Notes: a model not told the origin generated them from the sequence alone. Positions 6,530 to 16,246 are shown, counted from the first letter of the stretch. The stretch: DNA of 52,426 nt from Candidatus Zambryskibacteria bacterium RIFCSPHIGHO2_01_FULL_46_25 (GCA_001825155.1 MHVH01000004.1:1-52426), one strand, 5' to 3'. Numbers and translations: made by a program.

Positions 6530-8131
6530 ATGCAAGACGAAGACCTCCAGAAAGTGACATATTTTGCCGAGACGGATTCTCGTGGCGAGCGCAAGCCTTT
6601 CGGCATCAAGAACAATGATCGAAGTAAGCACGTCTACGTCATCGGCAAGACCGGCATGGGCAAGTCGACGCTGCTTGAGAACATGGCTATACAAGATATT
6701 CAGAATGGCCGAGGGGTCTGCTTCATCGACCCGCACGGCGGTACAGCCGAGAAGCTTCTCGAGTACATTCCTGAAGAGCGCATCAAGGATGTGCTCTATT
6801 TCGCGCCATTCGACATGGAGTATCCGGTTTCTTTCAATATCATGGAGGACGTCGGCGCGGACAAAAGGCATTTGGTAGTCAATGGCCTCATGTCTGTGTT
6901 TGAGAAGATTTGGGAAGATGCCTGGAGCGCCAGAATGGCTTATATCTTGCAGAACACGCTACTTGCTCTGCTCGAATATCCGGGGGCGACGCTTCTCGCC
7001 GTAAATCGCATGTACACGGACAAGGCCTTTAGACAGAAGGTGGTCGAGAATGTAAGCGACATTTCCGTCAAGAGCTTCTGGACGGAGGAGTATGCCAAGT
7101 TTACCGACAGGTACGCCCAGGAAGCGACGCCAGCCATTCAAAACAAGATTGGTCAATTTGCCGGCAACCCTCTTATCCGAAACATCATCGGCCAGCCGAA
7201 ATCAAGCTTCGACATGAGAGAGATTATGGATGATAAGAAGATTCTCATCGTAAACTTATCAAAAGGCAGGGTGGGAGAAGGCAATGCCCGTCTCTTGGGC
7301 TCAATGCTCGTGACCAAAATTTATCTTGCCGCCATGAGTCGCGCCGATGAGAACGCGCAGTCTCTCGCGAAATTGCCGCAATTCTACCTTTTCGTCGACG
7401 AGTTCCAGAACTTCGCCGACAAATCTTTTGCCGAAATACTTTCTGAAGCGAGGAAATATAAATTGAATCTTACTATCGCGCACCAATATATCGAGCAGAT
7501 GGAAGAAGAGGTGCGTGATGCCGTCTTCGGCAACGTGGGCACGATGATTACCTTCCGCGTCGGCGCCTACGATGCCGACGTGCTCGAGAAGGAGTTCGCC
7601 CCGGTCTTTATCGCGGAGGACTTGGTCAATCTCGGCCTCCGACAGGTTTATCTCAAGCTCATGATAGATGCCGTGACCTCACAGCCATTCTCCGCCGTTA
7701 CCTTGCCTCCCATTCAGCCGCCACGTTCTTCGTATGTCAAGGAGATTACCGATAATTCCCGCAAAGTGTTCTCCAAGCCCAGAAGTGTTGTGGAGAAAGA
7801 AATTATCGACTGGCATGGAGAGGGCAAAGAGGCTCCTGTCGCCGCGCCCCGCTCTAAGGCTATAGATACCAGGAGCTTGGCATCGGAGGCGTCAAGGCCC
7901 AAGGTTATAGATAGAATTGTACCCAAGCTCTCTCTAGATTCACTCAAAAATAAGACTGATAATCAGAGAAAGCCCGATATTAAGAACGTCTCGGCTCTCC
8001 GCGATGCATTGAAACAGGTGGTTGGGGGAAAAAATGAGCAAGAAACTAAGCTAGCACCTAGCACCAAGCCCCTAGAACCTAGAATAGGTCCCACTCCCGA
8101 AGATTTGAAGAAAATTCTGCATGGCGAGTAA
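6530..8131 (+). CDS. TraD/VirD4/HerA-like P-loop NTPase (DUF87-type), soluble, with a low-complexity C-terminal tail.
   Basis: Walker A GKTGMGKST and a Walker-B-like FYLFVDEFQNF. There is no N-terminal TM segment. Confidence 0.7.
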   Translation: MQDEDLQKVTYFAETDSRGERKPFGIKNNDRSKHVYVIGKTGMGKSTLLENMAIQDIQNGRGVCFIDPHGGTAEKLLEYIPEERIKDVLYFAPFDMEYPVSFNIMEDVGADKRHLVVNGLMSVFEKIWEDAWSARMAYILQNTLLALLEYPGATLLAVNRMYTDKAFRQKVVENVSDISVKSFWTEEYAKFTDRYAQEATPAIQNKIGQFAGNPLIRNIIGQPKSSFDMREIMDDKKILIVNLSKGRVGEGNARLLGSMLVTKIYLAAMSRADENAQSLAKLPQFYLFVDEFQNFADKSFAEILSEARKYKLNLTIAHQYIEQMEEEVRDAVFGNVGTMITFRVGAYDADVLEKEFAPVFIAEDLVNLGLRQVYLKLMIDAVTSQPFSAVTLPPIQPPRSSYVKEITDNSRKVFSKPRSVVEKEIIDWHGEGKEAPVAAPRSKAIDTRSLASEASRPKVIDRIVPKLSLDSLKNKTDNQRKPDIKNVSALRDALKQVVGGKNEQETKLAPSTKPLEPRIGPTPEDLKKILHGE

Positions 8132-9233
8132 AAGAATCCTTATTTTTTCCACATCCTACTTTCCGCTTGTTGGCGGGGCGGAGGTGGCTGTCAAGGAAAT
8201 TACGGACAGATTGCCGGAAATCGAGTTTGACTTGATTACTGCCAGACAGCATAAAAAGTTTGCAAACGTTGAGAAGATTGGAAATGTGACCATATACCGC
8301 CTCGGGTTGGGGAATGTGATTCTGGACAAGCTGTTAGTGCCGTATTGGGGGGCAATAAAGGCTGTTAAATTGAATAGGGATAAGCACTACGCAGCCTTCT
8401 GGTGCATTATGGTTTCTTTTGCATCGGGCGCGGCCTATATAGCCAACTGGTTTCAAAAAAAGGTTCCCGTAGTGTTGACTCTGCAGGAGGGCGATTCGGA
8501 AGAGTGGCTACGATATAGATGGTTGGGACTTATCGATTTGTCATGGCGGCTTGCTCTCCGTCGGACGGCTATTCTTACCGCAATCAGTAATTACTTGCTG
8601 GAGAGAGCGAAAAGGCTTGGCTACACAGGAAAATCCTGTGTAATTCCGAACGGTGTTAATGCCGAGCGATTCTTGAATCCTAAATCCAGAATCCTAAATC
8701 CGGACAATGTCGTTCTCATTACCACCTCCAGATTGGTGGAGAAAAATGGTGTGAGCGACATTATCGAAGCGATGAAGTTTCTGCCGGAGAATTTCAAACT
8801 TCAGATCATCGGCTCCGGACCGCTCGAAAAAAGTTTAAATTTTAAAGTTAAAAGTTTAAAATTGGAAAATAAAATAGAATTTATGGGAGAAGTTCCGCAC
8901 TATGATATATCAAAGTATCTGCATGAGGCAGACATTTTTATCAGACCTTCCTTGTCCGAAGGGCAGGGGATATCTTTCATTGAGGCCATGGCCGCCGGAC
9001 TGCCAGTCATCGCCACTCCTGTCGGCGGCATACCGGATTTTATTAGAGATGGAGAGACGGGGTTATTTGTCGAACCCAAGAATCCTCAGCTCATAGCGTT
9101 TCAGGTACAAAAACTCGTCTCCGATAGAGTACTTCGCGATAAAATCACTATCAATGCCAAGCGCATGGTTATGGAAAAATATGATTGGAATTTGCTCGCC
9201 CGCGAGATGGATAGTAAAGTGTTTAATTTATGA
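8121..9233 (+). CDS. Glycosyltransferase family 4.
   Basis: GT4 C-terminal signature RPSLSEGQGISFIEAMAAGLPVIATPVGGIPDFI. Confidence 0.9.
   Translation: MASKRILIFSTSYFPLVGGAEVAVKEITDRLPEIEFDLITARQHKKFANVEKIGNVTIYRLGLGNVILDKLLVPYWGAIKAVKLNRDKHYAAFWCIMVSFASGAAYIANWFQKKVPVVLTLQEGDSEEWLRYRWLGLIDLSWRLALRRTAILTAISNYLLERAKRLGYTGKSCVIPNGVNAERFLNPKSRILNPDNVVLITTSRLVEKNGVSDIIEAMKFLPENFKLQIIGSGPLEKSLNFKVKSLKLENKIEFMGEVPHYDISKYLHEADIFIRPSLSEGQGISFIEAMAAGLPVIATPVGGIPDFIRDGETGLFVEPKNPQLIAFQVQKLVSDRVLRDKITINAKRMVMEKYDWNLLAREMDSKVFNL
8676..8701 (+). repeat. Heptad-periodic mini-element, AATCCTA type, translated in-frame as LNPKSRILNP.
   Basis: AATCCTA AATCCAG AATCCTA AATCC. Confidence 0.6.
8830..8871 (+). 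repeat. Heptad-periodic mini-element, AAAGTTT type, translated as SLNFKVKSLKLENK.
   Basis: aaagttt aaatttt aaagtta aaagttt aaaattg gaaaata. Confidence 0.55.
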
Positions 9234-10186
9234 AGATTTTAATCGCAACTGGATTGGAAAAATCTGACATAGGCGGGCCTTTTCAATACGCCCACAATCT
9301 CAAGGCGGAGTTTGAAAAACTGGGCAATAAAGTGAAGGTGGCAAAATATGGCTCAATAGAAGGCACTTTTTTGGGTATTTGGCCTCACGCCGTCTGGGCG
9401 GACAAAATTCTCGCGCTTGATACATTCTCGGTCGGGGTGCCGGCGGTTCTTGCCGGGAAATTATTGGGGAAGAAGACGATAGTCCGCGTCGGCGGGGACT
9501 TCCTCTGGTCGGCGTACGTAAACAGGACCGGCGTCTCAATAACTCTGCCGGAATTCTATAAAAGCATGCCGGCGCTTAACACGAAAGAAAAAATCATTTT
9601 TCATCTGTACAGATGGGCAATCAGAAACGCCGGCTTCCTGGCCTTCAATACCGAGTGGCAGAGAAGCATTTGGGAGAAAACATACGATATATCGTATGTT
9701 AAATCGGGAGTCGTAAGAAACTTCATTCCGGCTCGCCATAAAATCGGCGAGTCCGCCAATCCGGATAGCGGAAAGAATTTTTTGTGGGCGGGCAGAGTGA
9801 TTCCGGAGAAGAATCCCGGAATGTTAAGGAGTCTTGGCGTCGATATAGTTACCGGAGAAGCCCACGCAAGAGTTTTGGAGAAGATAAAGAATTCTTATGC
9901 CGTAACCTCCCTTGCCTTTACGGACATCTGCCCTAATTTTGTGATAGAAGGCATCTCTTTCGGTAAGCCCTTTGTTATGACTCGCGAAACCGGCCTTGAT
10001 GAAATCTTCCCGAAGGGCGGAATATTTGTCGACCCTCTGGATGAGAAACAGATTAAAGAAGCGATGCAATCGCTTCGCGATGAAAATACTTATAATAAAT
10101 ATACCGATGGCATAAAGAGTCTTAATTTAAGCCATTCCTGGGCTAGGATGGCGGAAGAATTTCTAAGTATATGGAAAAAGATTTGA
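9230..10186 (+). CDS. Glycosyltransferase-like protein, divergent GT-B/GT4-like.
   Basis: ATGA overlap with the upstream GT4 gene. The C-terminal half has the GT-B-like segment FVIEGISFGKPFVMTRETGLDEIF. Confidence 0.6.
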   Translation: MKILIATGLEKSDIGGPFQYAHNLKAEFEKLGNKVKVAKYGSIEGTFLGIWPHAVWADKILALDTFSVGVPAVLAGKLLGKKTIVRVGGDFLWSAYVNRTGVSITLPEFYKSMPALNTKEKIIFHLYRWAIRNAGFLAFNTEWQRSIWEKTYDISYVKSGVVRNFIPARHKIGESANPDSGKNFLWAGRVIPEKNPGMLRSLGVDIVTGEAHARVLEKIKNSYAVTSLAFTDICPNFVIEGISFGKPFVMTRETGLDEIFPKGGIFVDPLDEKQIKEAMQSLRDENTYNKYTDGIKSLNLSHSWARMAEEFLSIWKKI

Positions 10187-11343
10187 AAATTTTAATGATT
10201 TCAAGTGACCGCAATATCCTTACCCCAGGCAGCGCGGTTTCGGAGCGGATGAAGGAATACGGCGGTCTTGTCGAAGAGTTGCATATTGTCTTGCTTTGCG
10301 ATAGCTCGCACACAAGCTCATTGAAAATTGAAAATGGGAAATTGAAAATTGCCGAAGGCGTATACGTCTATCCGACCAATTCTTCCATGAAGATTTTGCG
10401 TCCCCTCGATGCCGCGAGAATAGGCAAGAGAATTGTTTTGAAGAACAAATTCGTACGCGGAGAATGCGTTGTCACCACCCAGGATCCGTTCGAATGTGGC
10501 TGGGCGGGTTTGAATGTTAAGAAAAAGTGGAGAATTCCTCTTGAAGTTCAGCTTCATACCAATCCATTCTCGCCATATTTTGGTGGATTTCAGAATAGAG
10601 TGCGACAGTTTTTCGCAAGAACGGTTCTTGCGAGCGCCGATAATATCCGCGTAGTGTCTGAAAATTTGAGACACAACATTGAAAATTTATTGAAAATTGA
10701 AAATTCTAAATTGAAAATTTTGCCCATTTATGTGGACAAAGACCAGATTGAGAATGGGCAAATCTCCTTCGACCTCCATGCACGCTATCCGTGGCACTTC
10801 ATACTGCTCGCCGCGTCCCGCATTACACCGGAGAAGAATCTAAGTATGGCGCTTCGCGTTCTTGCCTTGGTGCGGGAGCGGTATCCGAGTACCGGACTTG
10901 TTATCGCTGGCTCTGGTTCAGAAGAAAAAGTTTTGAAATCGCTTGTGGAAAAGCTGGGTCTCGCAGGTTTTGTAGAATTTGTCGGTTGGCAGAGCGAGTT
11001 GGCATCCTTCTATAAGACTGCCAATGCGTTTATCCAGACCAGTTTCTACGAAGGATATGGCTTGGCTCTGGTTGAGGCTGGACTCTCCGGTTTGCCGGTC
11101 GTGACAACACCTGTTGGCATCGCAACTGAGCTTGAGAACGGCAAAGACGCCTACATTTTCCCCCACGATCGTCCGGACATGTTCGCCGCCGGCATTGTAG
11201 ACCTTATAGAGAACAACGAGAAGCGGGAGAATCTAAGAGTGAATCTCAAGCACACTCTCGATGCCAGACTCCTTTCTAAGGAGGATTATATGGCTAAGAT
11301 AAGGGATAATTGGGAAAAGACAGCGCTAAAGATCAAACCATGA
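10171..11343 (+). CDS. Glycosyltransferase family 4.
   Basis: QTSFYEGYGLALVEAGLSGLPVVTTPVG signature. It carries two heptad mini-elements in-frame. Confidence 0.85.
   Translation: MEKDLKILMISSDRNILTPGSAVSERMKEYGGLVEELHIVLLCDSSHTSSLKIENGKLKIAEGVYVYPTNSSMKILRPLDAARIGKRIVLKNKFVRGECVVTTQDPFECGWAGLNVKKKWRIPLEVQLHTNPFSPYFGGFQNRVRQFFARTVLASADNIRVVSENLRHNIENLLKIENSKLKILPIYVDKDQIENGQISFDLHARYPWHFILLAASRITPEKNLSMALRVLALVRERYPSTGLVIAGSGSEEKVLKSLVEKLGLAGFVEFVGWQSELASFYKTANAFIQTSFYEGYGLALVEAGLSGLPVVTTPVGIATELENGKDAYIFPHDRPDMFAAGIVDLIENNEKRENLRVNLKHTLDARLLSKEDYMAKIRDNWEKTALKIKP
10320..10350 (+). repeat. Heptad mini-element, ATTGAAA type variant, translated as KIENGKLKI.
   Basis: ATTGAAA ATTGAAA ATGGGAA ATTGAAA ATT. 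Confidence 0.65.
10678..10721 (+). repeat. Heptad mini-element, ATTGAAA type. The core at 10689-10721 is identical to 12662-12694 and 40211-40243. Translated as KIENSKLKIL.
   Basis: attgaaaattgaaaattctaaattgaaaatttt(g) is identical over 34 nt at three loci. Confidence 0.85.
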
Positions 11344-11448
11344 AGCTTCTCATACTCACTCAGAAAGTGGCTCAACAGGACCCTATTTTGGGTTTTTTCT
11401 ACAAGAATTAAAGATATTTGGGAGGAAACCGCAGGCAAAGTGCGATAA
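11340..11448 (+). pseudogene. Remnants of glycosyltransferase paralogues. One is a 23-codon N-terminal stub resembling the 12486 gene. The other is an 11-codon C-terminal stub resembling the end of the 10171 gene.
   Basis: MKLLILTQKVAQQDPILGFFYKN* (11340-11411) resembles MKLLILTQKVAKNDPILGFFVNW at 12486, with many synonymous differences. DIWEETAGKVR* (11413-11448) resembles DNWEKTALKIKP* at 11308-11343. Confidence 0.6.
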
Positions 11449-11473
11449 TTGAACTTTATATAGTTGCCTAATT

Positions 11474-11502
11474 TTGACTAACTTTATAAAGTTTGATAAT
11501 AT
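11474..11502 (+). promoter_or_regulatory. Sigma70-like promoter upstream of the Fic gene.
   Basis: TTGACT (11474-11479), a 17-nt spacer, then TAATAT (11497-11502). Confidence 0.4.
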
Positions 11503-11533
11503 GATGATGTTGTTGAGCAAGCCGTAATCCAAT

Positions 11534-12466
11534 ATGAATACAAGGCAAAAGTTAGAGATTATTCAAAAAATGTCCGGGCTTACCCAGACCAAGCTGGCAG
11601 AGAGATTCGGCGTGTCTTTCGCCGCTTTTAATAGTTGGTGGACAGGCAGATCAACCCCTCGACCCAGGATGCTTGCTTCTATTGATGAATTTTTTTTAGA
11701 ACTGACTGGCCAGAAAGTTATTCCGGAAGATTATCTGACAGCCAAGAAACAATCTTTGAGTAAAAAATCTTCAGAACTTAAAAAAATTATTGCCGAAATT
11801 CTAGCCAACACGGATATACGCGACCAGTTTATATTGAAACTGACTTATCATAGCAATAGCATAGAGGGCAGTACGCTTACTGAGCCGGACACAGCGGCCA
11901 TTCTTTTCGACAACATCGCTCTACCTGACAAAAGTTTGATTGAGCAACTAGAGGCCAAAAATCACCAAACCGCTCTTAATTATTTGTTCGAGCACCTTTC
12001 TAAGGGGAGAAAGATAGATGAGAATCTGATTTTGAAATTGCATGGTATTTTGATGAACGGCATTCGTCCTGATGCCGGAGTCTATCGCTATCACGGCGTT
12101 AGAATTGTCGGTGTTGATCTGCCGACGGCTAACTATATGAGTATCCCCAAACTGATGTCTGAAGTTGTTTCCATTATATCCGGAAAGACCAAAGATGTGG
12201 TCGCGCTCTCGGCCGAGGTTCACGCTAAATTTGAGCAGATCCACCCCTTTTCTGATGGCAATGGTCGTGTGGGGCGCTTACTCATGAATGCCATGCTTTT
12301 AAAGGCTAATATGCCGCCGGCTATTATTCAGCAAGAGCGAAAACAGCTTTACTATAGTTATCTTTATAAAGCTCAAACCAAGGATGACCGAAGCCAGCTC
12401 GAAGATTATATTTGCGATGCGATTATGGATGGATTCAAAATTTTAGAGCGTAAGGATATTAGATAA
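11534..12466 (+). CDS. Fic family protein with an N-terminal XRE-type HTH.
   Basis: Canonical Fic motif HPFSDGNGRVGR. The N-terminus QKMSGLTQTKLAERFGVSFAAFNSWWTG is HTH-like. Confidence 0.9.
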   Translation: MNTRQKLEIIQKMSGLTQTKLAERFGVSFAAFNSWWTGRSTPRPRMLASIDEFFLELTGQKVIPEDYLTAKKQSLSKKSSELKKIIAEILANTDIRDQFILKLTYHSNSIEGSTLTEPDTAAILFDNIALPDKSLIEQLEAKNHQTALNYLFEHLSKGRKIDENLILKLHGILMNGIRPDAGVYRYHGVRIVGVDLPTANYMSIPKLMSEVVSIISGKTKDVVALSAEVHAKFEQIHPFSDGNGRVGRLLMNAMLLKANMPPAIIQQERKQLYYSYLYKAQTKDDRSQLEDYICDAIMDGFKILERKDIR

Positions 12467-12485
12467 TCATTCAGCCCGTCTCTAT

Positions 12486-13418
12486 ATGAAGTTATTAATA
12501 CTTACCCAAAAAGTGGCTAAGAATGACCCTATTTTAGGGTTTTTCGTAAATTGGATAAAAGCTTTTTCTGAGAAATTTGAAAAAATTACCGTCATCTGTT
12601 TAGAGGCCGGCGAATATGATTTACCAGGGAATGTGAAGGTCCTCTCCCTCGGTGAGGAGAAATTGAAAATTGAAAATTCTAAATTGAAAATTTTGGCGAA
12701 ACTTAAATATGCCTGGAATTTCTACAAATACATATTTAAGTTTCGCCATGATTACGACGCTGTCTTTGTTCATATGAATCAGGAGTATGTGATTCTGGGG
12801 TGGAAATTCTGGAAACTTTGGGGCAAAAAAATTTATTTATGGAGGAACCATGCTCACGGAGATTTTTTTACCAGACTCGCAATTTTGGTTTCGGATAAAG
12901 TTTTCTACACGTCTTCGCAATCTTTTACCGCGAAGTTTGGAAAGGCGGTAAGAATGCCCGCGGGCATTGATACAGACTTTTTCAAACCCGATCCGTCGGT
13001 CGCGAGAATTCCGAATTCGGTATTGTTTCTCGGTCGCATCGCACCGGTGAAAAAAGTTATGGAATTCGTCGAATGGGCTGAAACCAAAGGTTTCAGAAAA
13101 GTAACCATAGCCGGCCCTATCGGTGACAAAGAATATGGAGAGAAGGTTTTAAGCATGCTCACTCCAAACATGACATACGTCGGTCCGGTGACGCAGGCGG
13201 CGGCGCTGAAGCTCTATCAAACCCACGAAACTTATGTCAATATGACCCCTGCCGGCAGTTTTGACAAGACTATTTTAGAAGTCGCCGCCTGCGGGACGCG
13301 GGTTAAGGTTGAGAACAATGATTTGAAATTTATGGAAGGTAAAACGGACGCAGAACTAAGAGATTTTGTTGTGGAGAATCATAGTCTGAAAAAGCTTGCA
13401 GATAAACTTGCAGTATGA
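12486..13418 (+). CDS. Glycosyltransferase, GT-B/GT4-like.
   Basis: The locus context supports it, as does a C-terminal half with GRIAPVKK and a Rossmann-like pattern. It carries the 34-nt heptad element in-frame. Confidence 0.65.
   Translation: MKLLILTQKVAKNDPILGFFVNWIKAFSEKFEKITVICLEAGEYDLPGNVKVLSLGEEKLKIENSKLKILAKLKYAWNFYKYIFKFRHDYDAVFVHMNQEYVILGWKFWKLWGKKIYLWRNHAHGDFFTRLAILVSDKVFYTSSQSFTAKFGKAVRMPAGIDTDFFKPDPSVARIPNSVLFLGRIAPVKKVMEFVEWAETKGFRKVTIAGPIGDKEYGEKVLSMLTPNMTYVGPVTQAAALKLYQTHETYVNMTPAGSFDKTILEVAACGTRVKVENNDLKFMEGKTDAELRDFVVENHSLKKLADKLAV
12662..12694 (+). repeat. Heptad mini-element, ATTGAAA type, identical copy, translated as KIENSKLKIL.
   Basis: Identical to 10689-10721 and 40211-40243. 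Confidence 0.85.
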
Positions 13419-14386
13419 TGGAAGCTAAAGCAGTCTCTTATGAAGAAGTTGTCAAGGATATTGGAGAATTTCCCGGTCTGGCTTACGCCCGTGAATTTTT
13501 GTGCTTTCAGGAAAAACACTACTCCTTAAAAAATATATTTTTGAAAATTACCAATGATGGCATTCCAACAGCCATCATTGCAGTTAATTTGAAGAGCAAT
13601 GAGGCATTTTCCGTATATAAAGACTATGCGCACTTGTTTTTTCTTGACACACGGCAGAAAGATTTTAATTGGCTTACCTTGGCCAACGTGGTTAAGAAGA
13701 AAATAGGAGCTTCTTATTTTGAACTACAGTTTGCGCAGTTCGAGGGAACTCCTTCTCATGACGGCTTAGTGCCGTCGCCTCTATCAATTTTCGTTTTATC
13801 GCTCAACAATGAAAAGACGGAAGCTGATCTTCTCAATCTATTTGATAAGAAAACTCGCAACGAAATACGAAAATCTAAAAGATATGGTTTTGAGGTAAAA
13901 ATGATTAGAATTGACATGCTAGATGATATTTATGCCTTGTATATAGAAAATATGAAAAGGCATGGTACGCCGCCGAAACCCATGGGTTATTTTGAAGATC
14001 TGTTTCATTGCTTTGGTGAAAAGTGCAAGTGTTTAGGGGTTTTATCGAACGGCGAACTTGTCGGGCTTAATATTTTCCAAGTTAATAAAGATTATCTTCG
14101 ATTAATTTTTAATTTATCTAAAGTTAAGTTCTGGAATGCTTGCGTGAACAACCTTCTCTATTATGAGACCATTGAGTGGGCTGCGTTGAATGGTGTGAAA
14201 ATTATTGATTTTGGGCCCAGTCTAAATAATGACCACGGACATAATCGATTTAAGCTTGGGTTTGGAGCGAAAAGAATGCCAATCTTTTCTGTCGTCGACG
14301 CCGGAGTAGTATTTCGTTTTAGGAAATGGATAAGACAGAAATGGTATAATCTGCGACTTCGATATGCCAAGACTTTTAATGTATAA
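13415..14386 (+). CDS. FemAB/BioF2-like GNAT-fold acyl- or aminoacyl-transferase.
   Basis: Its length and the central KKTRNEIRKSKRYGFEV segment are typical of FemAB-family proteins. This is recalled from memory and not searched. Confidence 0.55.
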   Translation: MMEAKAVSYEEVVKDIGEFPGLAYAREFLCFQEKHYSLKNIFLKITNDGIPTAIIAVNLKSNEAFSVYKDYAHLFFLDTRQKDFNWLTLANVVKKKIGASYFELQFAQFEGTPSHDGLVPSPLSIFVLSLNNEKTEADLLNLFDKKTRNEIRKSKRYGFEVKMIRIDMLDDIYALYIENMKRHGTPPKPMGYFEDLFHCFGEKCKCLGVLSNGELVGLNIFQVNKDYLRLIFNLSKVKFWNACVNNLLYYETIEWAALNGVKIIDFGPSLNNDHGHNRFKLGFGAKRMPIFSVVDAGVVFRFRKWIRQKWYNLRLRYAKTFNV

Positions 14387-14402
14387 ATAGACTGCAAAAA
14401 AG

Positions 14403-15146
14403 ATGTTCCGATACCTCAAATCGTTACCGCGCGTTCTCTACATATATCTTAAGGACAAGTTAATTCTAAAAAAGCGCGTGGCAATATTAATGTACCATTC
14501 AGTTTCGGATGACAATAATGAATTTTTCACGGTAAGTTCTAAAAATTTCATGAGTCAGATGAATTATTTGTATGAAAATAATTACGTAATATTATCTTTA
14601 CACGACCTAATAGAATATATAAATAGTAAGAAAAAAATACCTAAAAAAAGCGTAGTTTTGACCCTTGATGATGGATATGAAGATAATTATCTGACAGTTT
14701 TTCCGATGCTAAAAAAGTATAATTTCCCAGCCACTATTTTCCTCATCACGGGTCTGGTCGGCAATAAAAATTATTCCAATAGAGGTATTAAACTGCCAAT
14801 GTTGGACTGGGGTCAGATACAAGAAATGCATTCCTCTGGACTCATAGATTTTCAACCGCATACAGTTTCTCATCCACGGCTCTCCATCTCATTGCCAAAC
14901 GAAGTTATATATGAGATGGAGGATTCAAAGAAAGAAATCGAGAGAAGGCTTGGCAAAAAGTGCACTCTCTTTGCTTATCCAAAAGGGGACTATAATATAA
15001 GTACTATAGAAATAGCCGGTCGAATTTTCGATGGCGCAGTCACTACAGATATGGGCTTTACAAATTTCAGAAGTAGCCTATTATCTTTGAGGAGAAATTC
15101 CGTGCACTCTCAAACAGACAGCCTTACATTCAAATTAAAGATATGA
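14403..15146 (+). CDS. Polysaccharide deacetylase, NodB homology domain.
   Basis: LTLDDGYEDNY (Asp-Asp metal motif) and HTVSHPRL (His motif). Confidence 0.85.
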   Translation: MFRYLKSLPRVLYIYLKDKLILKKRVAILMYHSVSDDNNEFFTVSSKNFMSQMNYLYENNYVILSLHDLIEYINSKKKIPKKSVVLTLDDGYEDNYLTVFPMLKKYNFPATIFLITGLVGNKNYSNRGIKLPMLDWGQIQEMHSSGLIDFQPHTVSHPRLSISLPNEVIYEMEDSKKEIERRLGKKCTLFAYPKGDYNISTIEIAGRIFDGAVTTDMGFTNFRSSLLSLRRNSVHSQTDSLTFKLKI

Positions 15147-16246
15147 AAATTTGCATTCTTACACAGACATTTAACCCTCGGGCGGGTGCGGGGGTCTTCA
15201 CCAGTAATATTGTTGATGGGGTCATGCGTGACAGACCGGGTGTTGAGTTCTCCATCATTACCGGTGAGGATTATATTAAACCAAGCGTCCATAAAATCTT
15301 GAAGAACTGGTTCTATATTAGGAATAAGATAAGAGAAGCCGACCTCGTGCACGCAATAGATGGATATCCGTATGGAGTTATAGCCTGTCTTGCCAACATT
15401 GGAATATCAAAATCTGTCGTCATAACGACTATCGGTTCCGGGTCCATTAGGAAACTTGGTAGTTTTGGTTGGAGGCCATGTTTGCTAAGATGGGCTTATA
15501 GACGAGCAACTCGAGTCACGGCTATTAGCCAATACGTTGCGGGAGAGATAAAAAAAGTTTTACCCAGGCTCTCCATCAAGGTGATTAATCCCGGCGTTGA
15601 TTATGATTTTTATGCCGGGAAAAGTAATAAAGATGGTTCGGATATCTATACTGGATTTGAGTACATAATCACACAGGGGGAGTTTAAGAGACGTAAGGGA
15701 TACACCGAGATATTACCTATAGTGAAGAAAATAATGGATGTTTACCCCGAGATCAGATATATTATCGTGGCTGACGCTAGAGATAACCGACCGTATCAAA
15801 AGGAACTCTATGCATTGATGGATAAATTAGGAATTCGTAGCAAGGTCATAATAAAAAGTGGTTTGAGCCAAGAAGAACTCCGAGAAGTTTATCGAAATGC
15901 TATTCTTTATCTGACTCTACCGGTCAATATTGATGGTGATATCGAGGGCTTCGGTATGGCTATTACGGAAGCGGCTGCCACTGGTACGCCGGCTATTGTA
16001 GGCAAGGGGAGCGGTGCTGATGATGCTGTTTCAGATGGGCAAAGTGGGTTTCTGGTAGACGGGGAGGACGAAGAACAGGTAGTGGAAAAAATTCTATCAA
16101 TCGTCGATAATAAGCAGCTGCGTGAAAGACTCTCAAATGGGGCAAAAAAGTGGGCGAGTGAGAATAGTTGGGAGAATAAGGTAAAACAGTATATAGATTT
16201 ATATGAAAAAAATATTAATACCCATATTTCACGGCCATATTGCTAG
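15143..16246 (+). CDS. Glycosyltransferase family 4.
   Basis: EGFGMAITEAAATGTPAIVGKGSGADDAV signature, with an ATGA overlap with the upstream gene. Confidence 0.85.
   Translation: MKICILTQTFNPRAGAGVFTSNIVDGVMRDRPGVEFSIITGEDYIKPSVHKILKNWFYIRNKIREADLVHAIDGYPYGVIACLANIGISKSVVITTIGSGSIRKLGSFGWRPCLLRWAYRRATRVTAISQYVAGEIKKVLPRLSIKVINPGVDYDFYAGKSNKDGSDIYTGFEYIITQGEFKRRKGYTEILPIVKKIMDVYPEIRYIIVADARDNRPYQKELYALMDKLGIRSKVIIKSGLSQEELREVYRNAILYLTLPVNIDGDIEGFGMAITEAAATGTPAIVGKGSGADDAVSDGQSGFLVDGEDEEQVVEKILSIVDNKQLRERLSNGAKKWASENSWENKVKQYIDLYEKNINTHISRPYC

Noticed and set aside
10320-12694. Whether the repeated 33-34 nt elements could be a degenerate CRISPR array.
   Set aside because: The copies are kilobases apart, lie inside coding sequences, and have no regular spacers, leader or cas genes. 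Their internal 7-nt periodicity is unlike CRISPR repeats.
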